A DNA stretch of 64,000 nucleotides from an uncultured Rubritalea sp. (GCA_937923145.1 CALAJT010000024.1:3563-67562), one strand, 5' to 3'; positions 9,804-20,800 are shown, counted from the stretch's first letter. Translations and numbers: made by a program. The notes: generated from the letters alone by a model not told the origin.

Positions 9804-10541
9804 ATGACAAAAATTTTGATCACAGGTAGGTCAGGCAGAATGGGGCAGACACTCATCGAAGCCACAGCAGCTAATCCAGATTCTGAACTCGGTAATACTC
9901 ATGATAGTGGAGAGGATCTGAGCGCAGCTTTCACTGGCGTGAATGCAGCTATTGACTTCACTGTGCATAGTTTTACGAAGGACGTAGTGGCTGCTGCTAT
10001 GGCATCTAAAACTCCACTAGTAATAGGTACTACAGGACACACGGATGAAGAAAAAGAGGTGATCAAAAAAGCTTCAGAGACTTTACCTATCGTGTTTGCG
10101 TCTAACTTCAGCGTAGGAGTGAATACTCTCTTCTGGCTTACTAGAAAAGCAGCGGCTGTTCTAGGAAACGAACGTTTCGATATAGAAGTCGTAGAAATGC
10201 ACCACCACCACAAAATTGATGCACCATCTGGAACTGCTCGCACACTTTTAGAGATCCTCAATGAGGAGACTAATACCAGCTATGAAGGTGATGTAGCTCA
10301 CGGCAGAGTAGGCAACATTGGTGCCAGACCATCTAAGGAAATCGGTATGCACACCCTCCGCGGTGGTGATGTAGTGGGCGACCACACTGTTATGTTCGCA
10401 GCAGATGGCGAGCGTATAGAGCTGACTCACAAGGCGAGTAGTCGTATGACCTTCGCAAGCGGAGCTGTCCAGGCTGCCGTATGGCTTCAGGATAAGCCTG
10501 CTGGACTTTATAACATGCAGGATGTGCTAGGCTTAGTCTAG
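9804..10541 (+). CDS. dapB: 4-hydroxy-tetrahydrodipicolinate reductase
   Basis: GRSGRMG, VIGTTG, NFSVGVN and EMHHHHKIDAPSGTA motifs. Confidence 0.97.
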   Translation: MTKILITGRSGRMGQTLIEATAANPDSELGNTHDSGEDLSAAFTGVNAAIDFTVHSFTKDVVAAAMASKTPLVIGTTGHTDEEKEVIKKASETLPIVFASNFSVGVNTLFWLTRKAAAVLGNERFDIEVVEMHHHHKIDAPSGTARTLLEILNEETNTSYEGDVAHGRVGNIGARPSKEIGMHTLRGGDVVGDHTVMFAADGERIELTHKASSRMTFASGAVQAAVWLQDKPAGLYNMQDVLGLV

Positions 10542-10546
10542 GAATT

Positions 10547-11056
10547 ATGGGGAATCGTGTCGGTATAGCCCTGGGATCTAACCTAGGGAATCGTCTCACA
10601 CATTTACGTGAGGCTAGAGATATGCTGCGTGGACTCGTAGAGGAGGACACTCTCTATCTACAAGCTCCCGTTTATCAATCTGAGCCTGTTGACTGTAGTG
10701 ATCGTTCACCAGATTTTTTTAATACCGTTGTAGAGATCGACTACATTGGTGAGCCATACGACCTACTCATGAAGACTCAAGGGATAGAATTTCATCTAGG
10801 TCGGGAAAGTGTCTATGAGGTTAACGCTCCCAGAATCATCGATCTAGATATTCTCTATTTTGGAAATGAAGCGATGTGTGATGAAATACTTAGTATTCCC
10901 CACCCTCGACTTTTGGACAGGAGATTTGTCCTTCAGCCACTCAATGAGATCAGACCTAATTTGATATTACCTGGAGACCAGATCACTATCTCTAGGCATC
11001 TGAGGCATTTAGAATCAGATGAACCTCCACTCACACTTGTGCAGACCACTTGGTAA
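10547..11056 (+). CDS. folK: 2-amino-4-hydroxy-6-hydroxymethyldihydropteridine diphosphokinase
   Basis: IALGSNLG, FFNTVV, PRIIDLDIL and IPHPRLLDRRFVLQPL motifs. Confidence 0.95.
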   Translation: MGNRVGIALGSNLGNRLTHLREARDMLRGLVEEDTLYLQAPVYQSEPVDCSDRSPDFFNTVVEIDYIGEPYDLLMKTQGIEFHLGRESVYEVNAPRIIDLDILYFGNEAMCDEILSIPHPRLLDRRFVLQPLNEIRPNLILPGDQITISRHLRHLESDEPPLTLVQTTW

Positions 11057-11077
11057 TTGTTAGAAACAAAGATTAGC

Positions 11078-11851
11078 ATGACAGGATTAGAAAAAGCGGA
11101 AAAAATAAGGAATCAAAAAGGTTCAAAACCAGTCAGCTGCCTGACAGGCTATGACTATGCCACGGGAAGACTGTTAGATGAAGCGGGAGTAGATCTCATT
11201 CTCGTGGGAGACTCTCTGGGGATGGTCGTGCTTGGTTTTCCAGACACTACGCATGTTACTATGGAGCACATGCTGCACCACACTGCAGCAGTTGCCAGGG
11301 GAGTGGAAAAGGCTCTCGTGGTAGGCGATTTACCTATTAATTCTTACGATACTCCGTCTGAGGCACTCCGTAATGCACATAAACTAATCAAGGCAGGTGC
11401 CGATGCCGTAAAGCTCGAAGGTGGTCTGAAGCAGATCAAGAAAGTAAAGGCCATAGTCGAAGCGGGAATCCCAGTCTTCGGACACATGGGGATGCTACCG
11501 CAGCGAGTCTTAGAAGAGGGTGGTTATAAAAAGAAAGGGAAGTCAGACAGGCAAACTGAGGATATTATAGAGGGGTGCTTAGCGCTTCAAGCTGCAGGAT
11601 GTTTTGCTGTCGTCCTAGAGAGCGTGGTAGGTAAATCTGCGGCTAAGATTACTAAGGCATTAGCTATTCCGACTATCGGTATTGGCTGTGGAGAAGGGAA
11701 TTGTGATGGAGAAATAGCTGTCATCACTGACGTGGTAGGAGCTTATCCATGGTTCGTCCCACCCTTTGCAACTGTGAGAGCAGATGTAGCTGGAGAGACT
11801 AAGAAAGCTGCTAAGGAATATGTCGATGCAGTGAAGCGGATCGGAAGCTAA
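11078..11851 (+). CDS. panB: 3-methyl-2-oxobutanoate hydroxymethyltransferase
   Basis: LTGYDY, LVGDSLGMV, GDLP, VKLEGG and PTIGIG motifs. ATG 11078 preferred over the track's TTG at 11057. Confidence 0.96.
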   Translation: MTGLEKAEKIRNQKGSKPVSCLTGYDYATGRLLDEAGVDLILVGDSLGMVVLGFPDTTHVTMEHMLHHTAAVARGVEKALVVGDLPINSYDTPSEALRNAHKLIKAGADAVKLEGGLKQIKKVKAIVEAGIPVFGHMGMLPQRVLEEGGYKKKGKSDRQTEDIIEGCLALQAAGCFAVVLESVVGKSAAKITKALAIPTIGIGCGEGNCDGEIAVITDVVGAYPWFVPPFATVRADVAGETKKAAKEYVDAVKRIGS

Positions 11852-11900
11852 ATTATTTCTCACTTGAGACATCGGATTTGTTTGGTAACTTACGAAATAT

Positions 11901-12353
11901 ATGAAAAGTCCACTCTCTAACAAAAACATCAGACGTCCTTATATCACTATGCCTGGAGCCACAGGTATGCCAGATATGAAAGACATCTTAGCGTCGATGC
12001 CTAAGGAGCAACAGCACCGCTTCGAGTCAGCTGGGGAATTCATAAAGCGTCTTGCGCATCGTGTTTCGAAATGGAGAGAATCACTACCAGAAGATGAGAT
12101 CCCAGTAGTTCTAACATTTCTCCCGACTGGAGATGTAGTAGAGGTGTTAACACTAGGCGAAGATGGTCACTCTAGTGTGGTTATCGAGGGTCAGGTAAAT
12201 GATTCACCATGTATGTTCATTTCCCACCAAGCCAGTCTACAGATTCTCTGCTATACCAGAAAAGTAGAGGAAGATGATTCTGAAGGCGATTCAGAGCCTG
12301 CTCCTAAAAGAACCATAGGTTTCCATGTTGGGGGGGAGGAAATAGAAGCTTAA
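11901..12353 (+). CDS. Conserved hypothetical protein, DUF6173-like
   Basis: The pattern RL...L..D...G....HQ.SLQ.L...P.R.IGF resembles DUF6173 as I remember it; not verified. Confidence 0.5.
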   Translation: MKSPLSNKNIRRPYITMPGATGMPDMKDILASMPKEQQHRFESAGEFIKRLAHRVSKWRESLPEDEIPVVLTFLPTGDVVEVLTLGEDGHSSVVIEGQVNDSPCMFISHQASLQILCYTRKVEEDDSEGDSEPAPKRTIGFHVGGEEIEA

Positions 12354-12482
12354 GTGTAATACTAAAAATTACGAATCATTCTGTAGATATAGTGTGCCTA
12401 TTATTCCCCAAAATTATAGCATAAAGGGTAAAGTATCTGATTTTTCTTGTAATGTCATCGTGCACTGGTGGAATGCGGGGAT

Positions 12483-12496
12483 GTTATTTAAATAAC
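12483..12496. promoter_or_regulatory. 14-bp perfect palindrome, candidate operator upstream of the MFS-dehydrogenase-cupredoxin unit
   Basis: GTTATTTAAATAAC is self-complementary and lies about 54 bp before ATG 12550. It is AT-rich, so it could be chance. Confidence 0.3.
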
Positions 12497-12549
12497 TTTT
12501 ATTTGAGAAGAATTTCCTCAGATAATGAAGTAAACACCCAAAATATAAT

Positions 12550-14238
12550 ATGACTATACCCAAGTGGCTATTGAAAGAATCGATTATCGCAAAACCAGGA
12601 TTTAACCGATGGCTAGTAGCTCTAGCATCTATAGCGATTCATTTATGTATTGGTTCTGTTTATGCTTGGAGTGTTTTTAATGCTCCTCTTTCTAAGGAAC
12701 TAGGTGTTGTGGGGCAGTCAGCTAGTGATTGGAAATTTGAGCAGGTAGTATGGATATTTAGTATCGCAATTGTCTTTTTAGGATTATCTGCTGCGGTCGC
12801 TGGGCGTTGGCTAGAGAAGGTCGGTCCACGTTGCGTGGGTGTCTCTGCGGCATTGCTGTGGGGTGGTGGATTTTTAGTAGGTTATTTGGGAATTAAGTTT
12901 CACAGCCTTCCGCTACTTGTCTTCGGATATGGTGTTTTAGGCGGCTGTGGTCTCGGACTCGGCTATGTATCACCAGTGAGCACACTGATACGTTGGTTCC
13001 CTGATAGACGTGGACTAGCCACAGGATTAGCTATAATGGGCTTCGGTGGGGGAGCCATGATAGGAGCTCCGCTCAAGCGCTCACTTCTCAATCAATTTCA
13101 AGAAGCACCTCAGTATGTAGGACCTGCTCAAACCGTGCAAGTGGTCACAGAAGATGGAAAGAGATTTGCTCAGGTCGGTGGCGACAAGAAGGAAGTAATC
13201 GTAGCCTCTGAAGAAGATGTAGCATCATTCGGTAGCGATGCATCAGCTGGTGTCTACCTAGTAGGAACTGGCTCCACGGGAACAGCGACCACATTTTTAG
13301 TGTTAGGAATCGGATACTTAGTAGTGATGATCCTAGCTGCCATGGCGTATAGAGTCCCCGCAGAGGACTGGAAGCCAGAAGGCTGGGACCCACCAGAAGA
13401 CGGTAAACAGAAGAAGATGGTGACTTCGGGGAATGTCGGTATCTCAGCGGCTATGAAGACGCCACAATTCATCCTTCTCTGGATCGTGTTATGTATGAAT
13501 GTCACAGCAGGTATAGGAGTGATAGGTGTGGCGAAAACCATGATCGGCGAAATTTTCGGCTCTCAACTCAGCGCTGATGGCAAGTCTGGATTCTTCTTCA
13601 TGAACTACGTTCTAATGATATCTGTGTTCAATATGGTAGGCAGGTTTTTCTGGGCTAGTATTTCTGACTGGATCGGACGCAAGACTACCTATACGTTATT
13701 TTTCGTTATAGGAATTTGTTTATATCTATCTATCCCGTGGGCTGCGGCTAATGCTGGAGCGTCTACTACGTCTGCTGCATTTATTACATTCTACGCAGCG
13801 ACTATGATTATCTTCACTATGTATGGAGGTGGATTCGCTACGGTACCTGCGTATTTGGCAGATTTGTTTGGGTCTAAATTCGTCGGAGCTATTCATGGTA
13901 GGCTGCTCACAGCTTGGAGCACTGCTGGAGTTATCGGTCCTGTGGCTATCGCAAAGCTGAGAGAATCTTCTATAAATAGCTCGATCAATGATCTGGCATC
14001 GAAAGCGAATCCAGAGGCATTTCTAGCGAAGTTTGGTGCTCCTGTAGATAAACTTAATGAACTTGTGGCAGCTAAGACAGTCACTGTGCAAAAACTGATG
14101 GAAATAGTGCCAGAAGGAATAGTAGACCCGACACCGACACTCTACAACACGACGATGTATACTATGGCAGGACTACTTGTCATCGGTCTAATCGCCAATA
14201 GTTTAATCAAACCAGTAGACTCAAAGCACCACCTTTAA
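12550..14238 (+). CDS. OFA (oxalate/formate antiporter-like) family MFS transporter
   Basis: IHLCIGSVYAWSVF, GGCGLGLGYVSPVSTLIRWFPDRRGLATGLAIMGFGGGA, GRFFWASISDWIGRK and YGGGFATVPAYLADLFG motifs. Confidence 0.9.
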   Translation: MTIPKWLLKESIIAKPGFNRWLVALASIAIHLCIGSVYAWSVFNAPLSKELGVVGQSASDWKFEQVVWIFSIAIVFLGLSAAVAGRWLEKVGPRCVGVSAALLWGGGFLVGYLGIKFHSLPLLVFGYGVLGGCGLGLGYVSPVSTLIRWFPDRRGLATGLAIMGFGGGAMIGAPLKRSLLNQFQEAPQYVGPAQTVQVVTEDGKRFAQVGGDKKEVIVASEEDVASFGSDASAGVYLVGTGSTGTATTFLVLGIGYLVVMILAAMAYRVPAEDWKPEGWDPPEDGKQKKMVTSGNVGISAAMKTPQFILLWIVLCMNVTAGIGVIGVAKTMIGEIFGSQLSADGKSGFFFMNYVLMISVFNMVGRFFWASISDWIGRKTTYTLFFVIGICLYLSIPWAAANAGASTTSAAFITFYAATMIIFTMYGGGFATVPAYLADLFGSKFVGAIHGRLLTAWSTAGVIGPVAIAKLRESSINSSINDLASKANPEAFLAKFGAPVDKLNELVAAKTVTVQKLMEIVPEGIVDPTPTLYNTTMYTMAGLLVIGLIANSLIKPVDSKHHL

Positions 14239-14268
14239 TCGACATTTAGAAATTAACAACACACATAT

Positions 14269-15660
14269 ATGAAAAGAAAAAACAGAACAATAAAACTAGC
14301 TAGTGCAGTCTCTACGCTTGGGTTAGGCTTAGCATTAGGAGTGTCCACAGCGACAGCTCAGGAAGCAGCATCGATGATTCCTACTAAAAAAGAGAACGTA
14401 ACTCAGCCGGGCAAGTCAAAATTAGCGAAGCCTGTGAAGATCGCTATGGTGAAGGTAGCAGGAGATTTGATCGACCCGATCAATGTTACTTCGGCAAATG
14501 ATGGAAGCGGCAGAATGTTTATATGCGAACGTCAAGGAGTCGTGAAAATACTGAAAGATGGGAAGATCCAGAAGCGTCCATTCCTAGATATTTCGGACAC
14601 AGTAGTGAGCTCATTTTTAGAGCAAGGACTCTATGACATCGAGTTTCACCCTAAATTTAAGACAAATGGTAAGTTCTACGTTCACTATTCTGACATGTGG
14701 TTCAATGGTGATTCATTCATCGTGGAGTACACAGTGGATAAAGAAAAGCCGGATAAGGCAGACATGAAGAGTGCTAGAGTGATCATGCAAATCGATCAAC
14801 CTTACGCGAACCACAATGGTGGTGAGCTAGTATTCGGGCCTGACGGTTATCTCTACATCGGATCTGGTGATGGTGGTTGGGAAGGTGATGTTCTCAATGC
14901 AGGACAAGACCTCAGCACACTTCTCGCTAAGGTGCTAAGAATCGACGTAGACCAATCTACTCCAGACCGTGCTTATGGAATCCCTAAGGACAATCCATTT
15001 GTGACTCCTAAGAGCCAGATGGTTCTCTTCGGTGTGACTGAAGAAGCATTTGCTAAAATTCAGCCAAACGCGAGACCTGAGATCTGGTCTTATGGTATCC
15101 GTAACCCTTGGAAGATGCACTTTGATAAGAAGACCGGTGATCTCTACATCGCTGATGTAGGGCAAAACCACTGGGAAGAAATTAACTTCCAGCCAGCAAA
15201 CTCTAAAGGTGGTGAAAACTACGGATGGAAGTGGATGTGCGGAACTCATCCTTTCCCTCTCAGCAGAGTAAATGCACCTACAGTAGGGGTCCTACCTATC
15301 GGTGAATACACCCATGCTGGAGAAGGAATCTGCGTCACAGGACTCGGTGTTTATCGTGGTTCTAAATACCCATCTCTCGACGGTACATACTTCGTCTCTG
15401 ACTGGGGATCAGGTAAGATCTGGGGAATGCAACACACGGCTGATGGCAAGTGGGCTATGGAAGAACTTCTAGATACAGCTCTCATGCCAAGTGGGTCTGG
15501 TGCTGATGAAGACGGCACTATCTACATGACTACTGCTACAGCTAACTATGGTGGACCAGTGAAGCCAGCAGACAACGTGCGCGGAGCACTATGGATGATG
15601 GTAGAAGCTGATAAAGTTCCTGAAGGGGCTGAGACAATTCCACTCGATGGTAAAAAGTAA
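14269..15660 (+). CDS. Secreted PQQ-dependent sugar dehydrogenase (glucose/sorbosone dehydrogenase beta-propeller family)
   Basis: Sec signal peptide, plus EQGLYDIEFHP, NHNGGELVFGPDGYLYIGSGDGG, YGIRNPW and DVGQNHWEEIN motifs. Confidence 0.9.
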   Translation: MKRKNRTIKLASAVSTLGLGLALGVSTATAQEAASMIPTKKENVTQPGKSKLAKPVKIAMVKVAGDLIDPINVTSANDGSGRMFICERQGVVKILKDGKIQKRPFLDISDTVVSSFLEQGLYDIEFHPKFKTNGKFYVHYSDMWFNGDSFIVEYTVDKEKPDKADMKSARVIMQIDQPYANHNGGELVFGPDGYLYIGSGDGGWEGDVLNAGQDLSTLLAKVLRIDVDQSTPDRAYGIPKDNPFVTPKSQMVLFGVTEEAFAKIQPNARPEIWSYGIRNPWKMHFDKKTGDLYIADVGQNHWEEINFQPANSKGGENYGWKWMCGTHPFPLSRVNAPTVGVLPIGEYTHAGEGICVTGLGVYRGSKYPSLDGTYFVSDWGSGKIWGMQHTADGKWAMEELLDTALMPSGSGADEDGTIYMTTATANYGGPVKPADNVRGALWMMVEADKVPEGAETIPLDGKK

Positions 15661-15682
15661 TACTATCTAGAATAATATATTA

Positions 15683-15720
15683 CGCACTACCTAAGGCTTA
15701 AAATAGCAGGAGGTAGTGCG
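15683..15720 (+). other. Intercistronic stem-loop between the dehydrogenase and cupredoxin genes
   Basis: CGCACTACCT (15683-15692) and AGGTAGTGCG (15711-15720) form a perfect 10-bp inverted repeat with an 18-nt loop. Confidence 0.55.
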
Positions 15721-15741
15721 ATTTAATCTGAAAAACTAATT

Positions 15742-16338
15742 ATGAAAAATTCTTATAAACTACCCACTCTAGCTTTATCTATACTAGCGGGATTTACTGG
15801 TCTGGTAACTGCCGATGAAGAGGCAAAAAAAACTGGTGAGAGTAAATGCTGCACAGTTCTTCCAGTGTCAGTTATTACAAACCCAGTATTCATCAAGCAA
15901 GATGCTAAGAAAAAAGAAGTCGAAGTCTTCATCACTGCTACCTTTGATAAATCAAACTACGGTATGAATTTCAATGGAGTTTCTAAAAGTGAAGGCGGCT
16001 ATGAAATCCCTCTAGACTGGAAAGTGAAAGTAACATTCACTAACAACAGCGCTGTGCCACATAGCTTAATCGTAGTGGAAGCTGATCTAGCAGCTCGTAA
16101 GATCAACCTTGGAGATACACCTTATTTCGATGGAGCCAATACTCCAAAGCCGAACACATTAGGCACTACTAACAAAGTAGAGAAATTCGAATTCACTGCA
16201 GACGAAGAAGGTGAATATTCATTTGCATGTGGTTTCCCTACGCACTCTGCAAATGGACACCGTATCTATCTGAATATTAAGAAAGATCTTAAGGAAGCAA
16301 AATTCATCATGCCTCCTGCTGCAAAAGCTGCAGAATAA
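15742..16338 (+). CDS. Secreted sulfocyanin (SoxE)-like cupredoxin
   Basis: Signal peptide, then NFNG, IPLDWKVKVTFTNNSAVPHSL, FDGANTP and GEYSFACGFPTHSANGH. Predicted Cu ligands are His107, Cys163 and His168. Confidence 0.8.
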   Translation: MKNSYKLPTLALSILAGFTGLVTADEEAKKTGESKCCTVLPVSVITNPVFIKQDAKKKEVEVFITATFDKSNYGMNFNGVSKSEGGYEIPLDWKVKVTFTNNSAVPHSLIVVEADLAARKINLGDTPYFDGANTPKPNTLGTTNKVEKFEFTADEEGEYSFACGFPTHSANGHRIYLNIKKDLKEAKFIMPPAAKAAE

Positions 16339-16638
16339 ATAGTCTAAGATATCCTGTATCCTATTAATTACATTTTACGTATTTAGTAGGATCAGTATAT
16401 TTTATCATTATTATTACTGTTAGAGCCTTTATACCTCTAACTAATTTTCCTCTAAAGTCCTACATTAAGGGCCCTAGAATAGGTCCTGTGACAGATTTTA
16501 TAATGTTAGCCGGTAAACCTAGTGTGCGTTTTACCAGAGGTGCACCGCATGAGGTAAGTAAGGAGGAAATGAGTGCTAGTAAGAGTAAACGGTGAGCTTT
16601 CATAATGTATGTCTGGGAGGGTTATTGTTAAAATTATT

Positions 16639-17835
16639 TTATTCTGAAATTGATGCAGGTGATGTCGTAGGATCTGTTTCTGCATTATAGTCGACTCCAT
16701 CGATCCCGAAACCAAATAGCTTGAGGAATTCTTGTTGGTAGCCTGCATAGTCTGCAAGCTCTCCGATGTTATCATTGGAGATTGTGTCCCACGATTTTGC
16801 TATAGCAGATTGGATATCGTCGCGCATTTCCCAGTCGTCGATGCGGATACGCTGAGCTTCATCAAGCTGGAGATCTCCTCCGTAGAGACGGTCAGCGAAT
16901 AGGCGCTGGATTTGCTCAATACAGCCTTCGTGTAGTCCTTTAGCCTTCATTTCCTTATAAAGAATGGATATGTAGAGCGGAACTACAGGGATAGCTGATG
17001 ATGCTTGAGTCACGAGTGCCTTATTTACTGAAACGTAAGATTCTCCGCCATATTTTTCACCTAGCTTAGTATTGAGTCTGTCGCTGACTACTTCTAGATC
17101 CTTCTTAGCTCTTCCAATAGTTCCATCTGTATAGATAGGCCACGTGAGTTCAGGTCCGATGTAGGAGTATGAAACTGTCTTAACTCCTTGAGCTAGCACG
17201 CCTGCTTCGTCGAGCGCATTCATCCAGAGTTCCCAGTCTGCACCACCCATTACTTTAATGGTGTTGTCGATTTCTTCCTGAGTTGCCGCTCCGATTGTAA
17301 CTTCCTCGATGAGTCCTTTGTCTGTATTAAGGTTTTTATTTACGTATTCACCGTCTGTAGTCTTGAGCACTGAGCGGTAGTCTTCTCCTGTGTCAGGATC
17401 AATCCTGCGTGGAGATGCTAGTGAGTATACTACGAGATCGATAGGTCCCATATCGTTCTTAATGATCTCTACTGCCTTTGCTTTCATCTCGTGAGAAAAT
17501 GCGTCTCCATTGAGAGATTTAGCAACGAGACCTGCGTCTGTAGCTGCTTTCTCAAAAGCAGCAGAATTATACCAACCTGCAGTGCCTGTGCGCTTTTCTG
17601 AGCCAGGCTTCTCGAAAAAGAGTCCTAAAGTATTCGCTCCTGAGCCAAATGCAGAGACGATACGCGATGAGAGTCCATAACCAGTGGATGAACCAATCAC
17701 GAGCACGTTTTTAGGTCCATCGGCGATCTCGCCTTTAGATTTTACGTAGTCGATTTGTTCTTGAACGTGAGCAGCACAGCCGTCTGGGTGTGATGTGATA
17801 CAGATGAAGCCTCTTATTTTTGGTTTTACGATCAT
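16639..17835 (-). CDS. fabV: Enoyl-ACP reductase FabV / trans-2-enoyl-CoA reductase
   Basis: [40 protein letters not shown] and [12 protein letters not shown] motifs. Start placed at 17835; the track's extension to 17964 overlaps the upstream gene. Confidence 0.95.
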   Translation of the reverse strand: MIVKPKIRGFICITSHPDGCAAHVQEQIDYVKSKGEIADGPKNVLVIGSSTGYGLSSRIVSAFGSGANTLGLFFEKPGSEKRTGTAGWYNSAAFEKAATDAGLVAKSLNGDAFSHEMKAKAVEIIKNDMGPIDLVVYSLASPRRIDPDTGEDYRSVLKTTDGEYVNKNLNTDKGLIEEVTIGAATQEEIDNTIKVMGGADWELWMNALDEAGVLAQGVKTVSYSYIGPELTWPIYTDGTIGRAKKDLEVVSDRLNTKLGEKYGGESYVSVNKALVTQASSAIPVVPLYISILYKEMKAKGLHEGCIEQIQRLFADRLYGGDLQLDEAQRIRIDDWEMRDDIQSAIAKSWDTISNDNIGELADYAGYQQEFLKLFGFGIDGVDYNAETDPTTSPASISE

Positions 17836-17899
17836 AAAATTTATTAGTTTGAAGTAGAGCAGAAGTCTCTGATGAATCAGTGAGGAGGTCAAGAAACAA

Positions 17900-20800
17900 C
17901 TAGCGGACAATGACCGCCTTTGGTGGATTAAAAAGCTTACCTTTAAAACCACGTTCGACATCAAACTGAACAGCAGTCCATCGAGGATTCTTGTATTTTC
18001 CTTTGCCCCTTACTTGGAGTAATCCTGAGACCTCAGCTTTCTTGTTGAGGAAGAGCGCTCTAAGAACATTTATGGGAAGGCGAATAATCTCTGCGCCTAA
18101 TTCCATAGTTTTACCTATGAGTCCACGATAGTTAATACGGATAGTCAGATCCATACTATCTGTTTTAAGGTCTACCCAGCCAGCACCTGTGAATGTCATG
18201 CTGGTGGTGAGAGATTGGATGTTATCTGTGCGTAAGATTCCTTTCTGAATGGTGAAGTTAGCGGACATGTTTTTTAGGCGTTCACTGAGATGACTTTTCT
18301 TGGGAAGTAGGGGATTGAGAATGAGACTGATGGGACCTAGTACAGGTGCTGAGAAGATATTACCTTTATCGAGCGAGATATTTCCAGAGGCATTGAAGTT
18401 TCGGATGTTATCTCCACGTCCTGTGAAATGGATGTTTCCAGTGAGCTCACCCTGCGGGATCTCGTCAAAATTATAGGTTATGCCGATGTTGCGGAAGTTG
18501 AGCTTGAGAAAGTTAAGGTTGCCTATGTATGATTCATCGTCAGCACCTGTTAGAGAAACTTTTATCTCTCCTTTTAAGGCTCCTTTGAATGTCGAAGCGC
18601 TAATATTATTTACCGATACAGAGTCTTTTTTTACGTGAATATTCGCCTTGAAATTATTAAGCATCAGATTGCCATCGAGTAATGTATACATTACCTTGCT
18701 TGATGGGCAGGCTATGTTGCACTTGAAGTCTACTTTAGAATCCTTCAGTGGTTTAACTTTAGTATCGAAGATACCTCCAGCTCTAATCTCAGGAGGATCA
18801 AAAAACTTATATTCTTCTAGATGATCAGCACTTTCCTGATGAAACATCCTAGCTACAGGAGCAGGGTAAGCTTTACCGTAAGCATTATTGATAGCTACTG
18901 TGTGGCTGTTAAAATCTGCGATGACTCGATCGACTTTGAGATTTCCCTCAGAACGTTTTGACCTGTTGTAGTTTTTAAGGGAATATTTTGAGTAGTCGAA
19001 AACTAGGTGGATTTCATCTGCCACGAGGCGTTTAGGTGTGAGATCATAAGATGTGGTGAGTCGATTAAGTGGCACTTTGTTAAATAGAAATTTTGTGACA
19101 TCTAATTTTCCGACTGCATTCCAATCCTTTGGATTACTCCTGTTTACTCGACCTTTAGCCTCTACCCTGTAAGTGGATTTACTGTCATACTGCGCAGTGA
19201 GAATAATCTCTTTAGTATTATTATTTTTTACAAGAGGGACATAGAGGTGGGGGTTCAGCGTAGAGACTAAGTCAAAATATACATAGCCATCCTCCGCGCT
19301 GATAGCTGTCCCAGTGAGTGATCCTGATGAGTGTTTGATATCTATATCGTTGATGTCTAACTGACTTTTGTAGAAGAAACTGGCTTTGAGGTGATCGAGT
19401 GTTTGACCTTTGAATACTGGCTTAGTGACATTGATCTTACCTGCTAGTCCTTGCTTATTGTTAAGGATGTTAGTGTCAAGTTGCTGAAATGTAAATCCAT
19501 TGATGTCTACCTCTTTAAAAGTAATATTTCCACTAAGTGCACCATCTTTGTTTTTAAGGTTAGAGTTTATCTCTCGGATGCTGATGTTCTTAGTAGGGAT
19601 TGTTGTGTTTTTTAGACTGAAGATCCCTTTATTCCACTTTAGGGTAGTTTCGACATTGTCCAGCATTGTGCTTCCTAGCTGAAGCCCATCGACCTTCAGT
19701 TGGGTAGTGAGGAATTTATTTTTCCAAGCGAATTTAGTGCTGAGATTTTTCACGATGTAGTCATCAGCGTAGATAACCTTACTCAGTCTTACCTCACCAT
19801 CAGCATCCCAGTCAGTGAGATCAGCGGCATTAATCTCTCCGGAGGACTTAAAGTAACATGATGAGCCCATCTCTACGGTCACCTTTGAGAGAATATCTTT
19901 CACCTTAGCATTCTCTTTAAAGAATGGTTTAAAGCTTCTGAGAGGTAACGAAGACTCTGCATCAAATAGAATTTTCTGATCCTTAATGAGCAATCTAGCC
20001 TGAAGATATCCATCGTTATTCTCAGCTTTTAGACCGTCTAGATAGAGGTCTCCTGCATTATAAGAAAAATCAGATTTAATGATATCGAAGTCTGTTCCTA
20101 GATAACTGAAGTCTCCGAGCTTAGCATCTCCTCTAAGACTGATTTGATTTCCTTTAAATGGAGTTAAGAAGGATGGTAGTGCTGAGGCGTATGGAACTTC
20201 TTCCATACTTTTCTCAATCTGGAATTTTCCATTAGCCGTGAAGACACTCTTGTTAAACTTAGTGCCTTTTAGAATCTCTCGGTCAAATAACTCTCGGGTA
20301 AAGTCTTTTAAATGAATGTCGCTCTCTATCTTGAAGCTTCCGGCATGACTACCTAGATCAAAATTTCCAGCTAACAATGCTGAGCGTAATTTTCCGTTAT
20401 TCATATTCCAGAAGTTCAGTTTATCCACACTCACTAAGTTGTGGCTAAGTTCACCGGAGATGACTAGGTCTTCCATGGTGAAATTTTTACGCGTGATGCT
20501 AGGAGCTTTTCCAGTGAATTCCAGTTTGATGTGCTGTGGTGCATTTATGTCACCCTCTGCGGTAATATTGATTACTGGTGGGGAGTCTGCTGGCCAACGC
20601 CAATAAGCCAGCTTTTCTAGGAAGCTCTCGTATGCCAGCGCACGCTTAGTAGCGGCATCTTCGTCTATATCACCAAGAGGTTTCTCTCCTTGCCATAGGT
20701 TGCCAGTAAAATTGATATTTACGCCTTCGTAGGATGCTGTCAGTAATTTTGTGAAGATAGTATTATTATCTGGAAAATCTATGGTGCCGCTGATCTCGCT

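Noticed and set aside
17836-17964. 43-aa N-terminal extension of FabV given by the track
   Set aside because: It overlaps the upstream gene, and the family N-terminus ([12 protein letters not shown]) begins at 17835.
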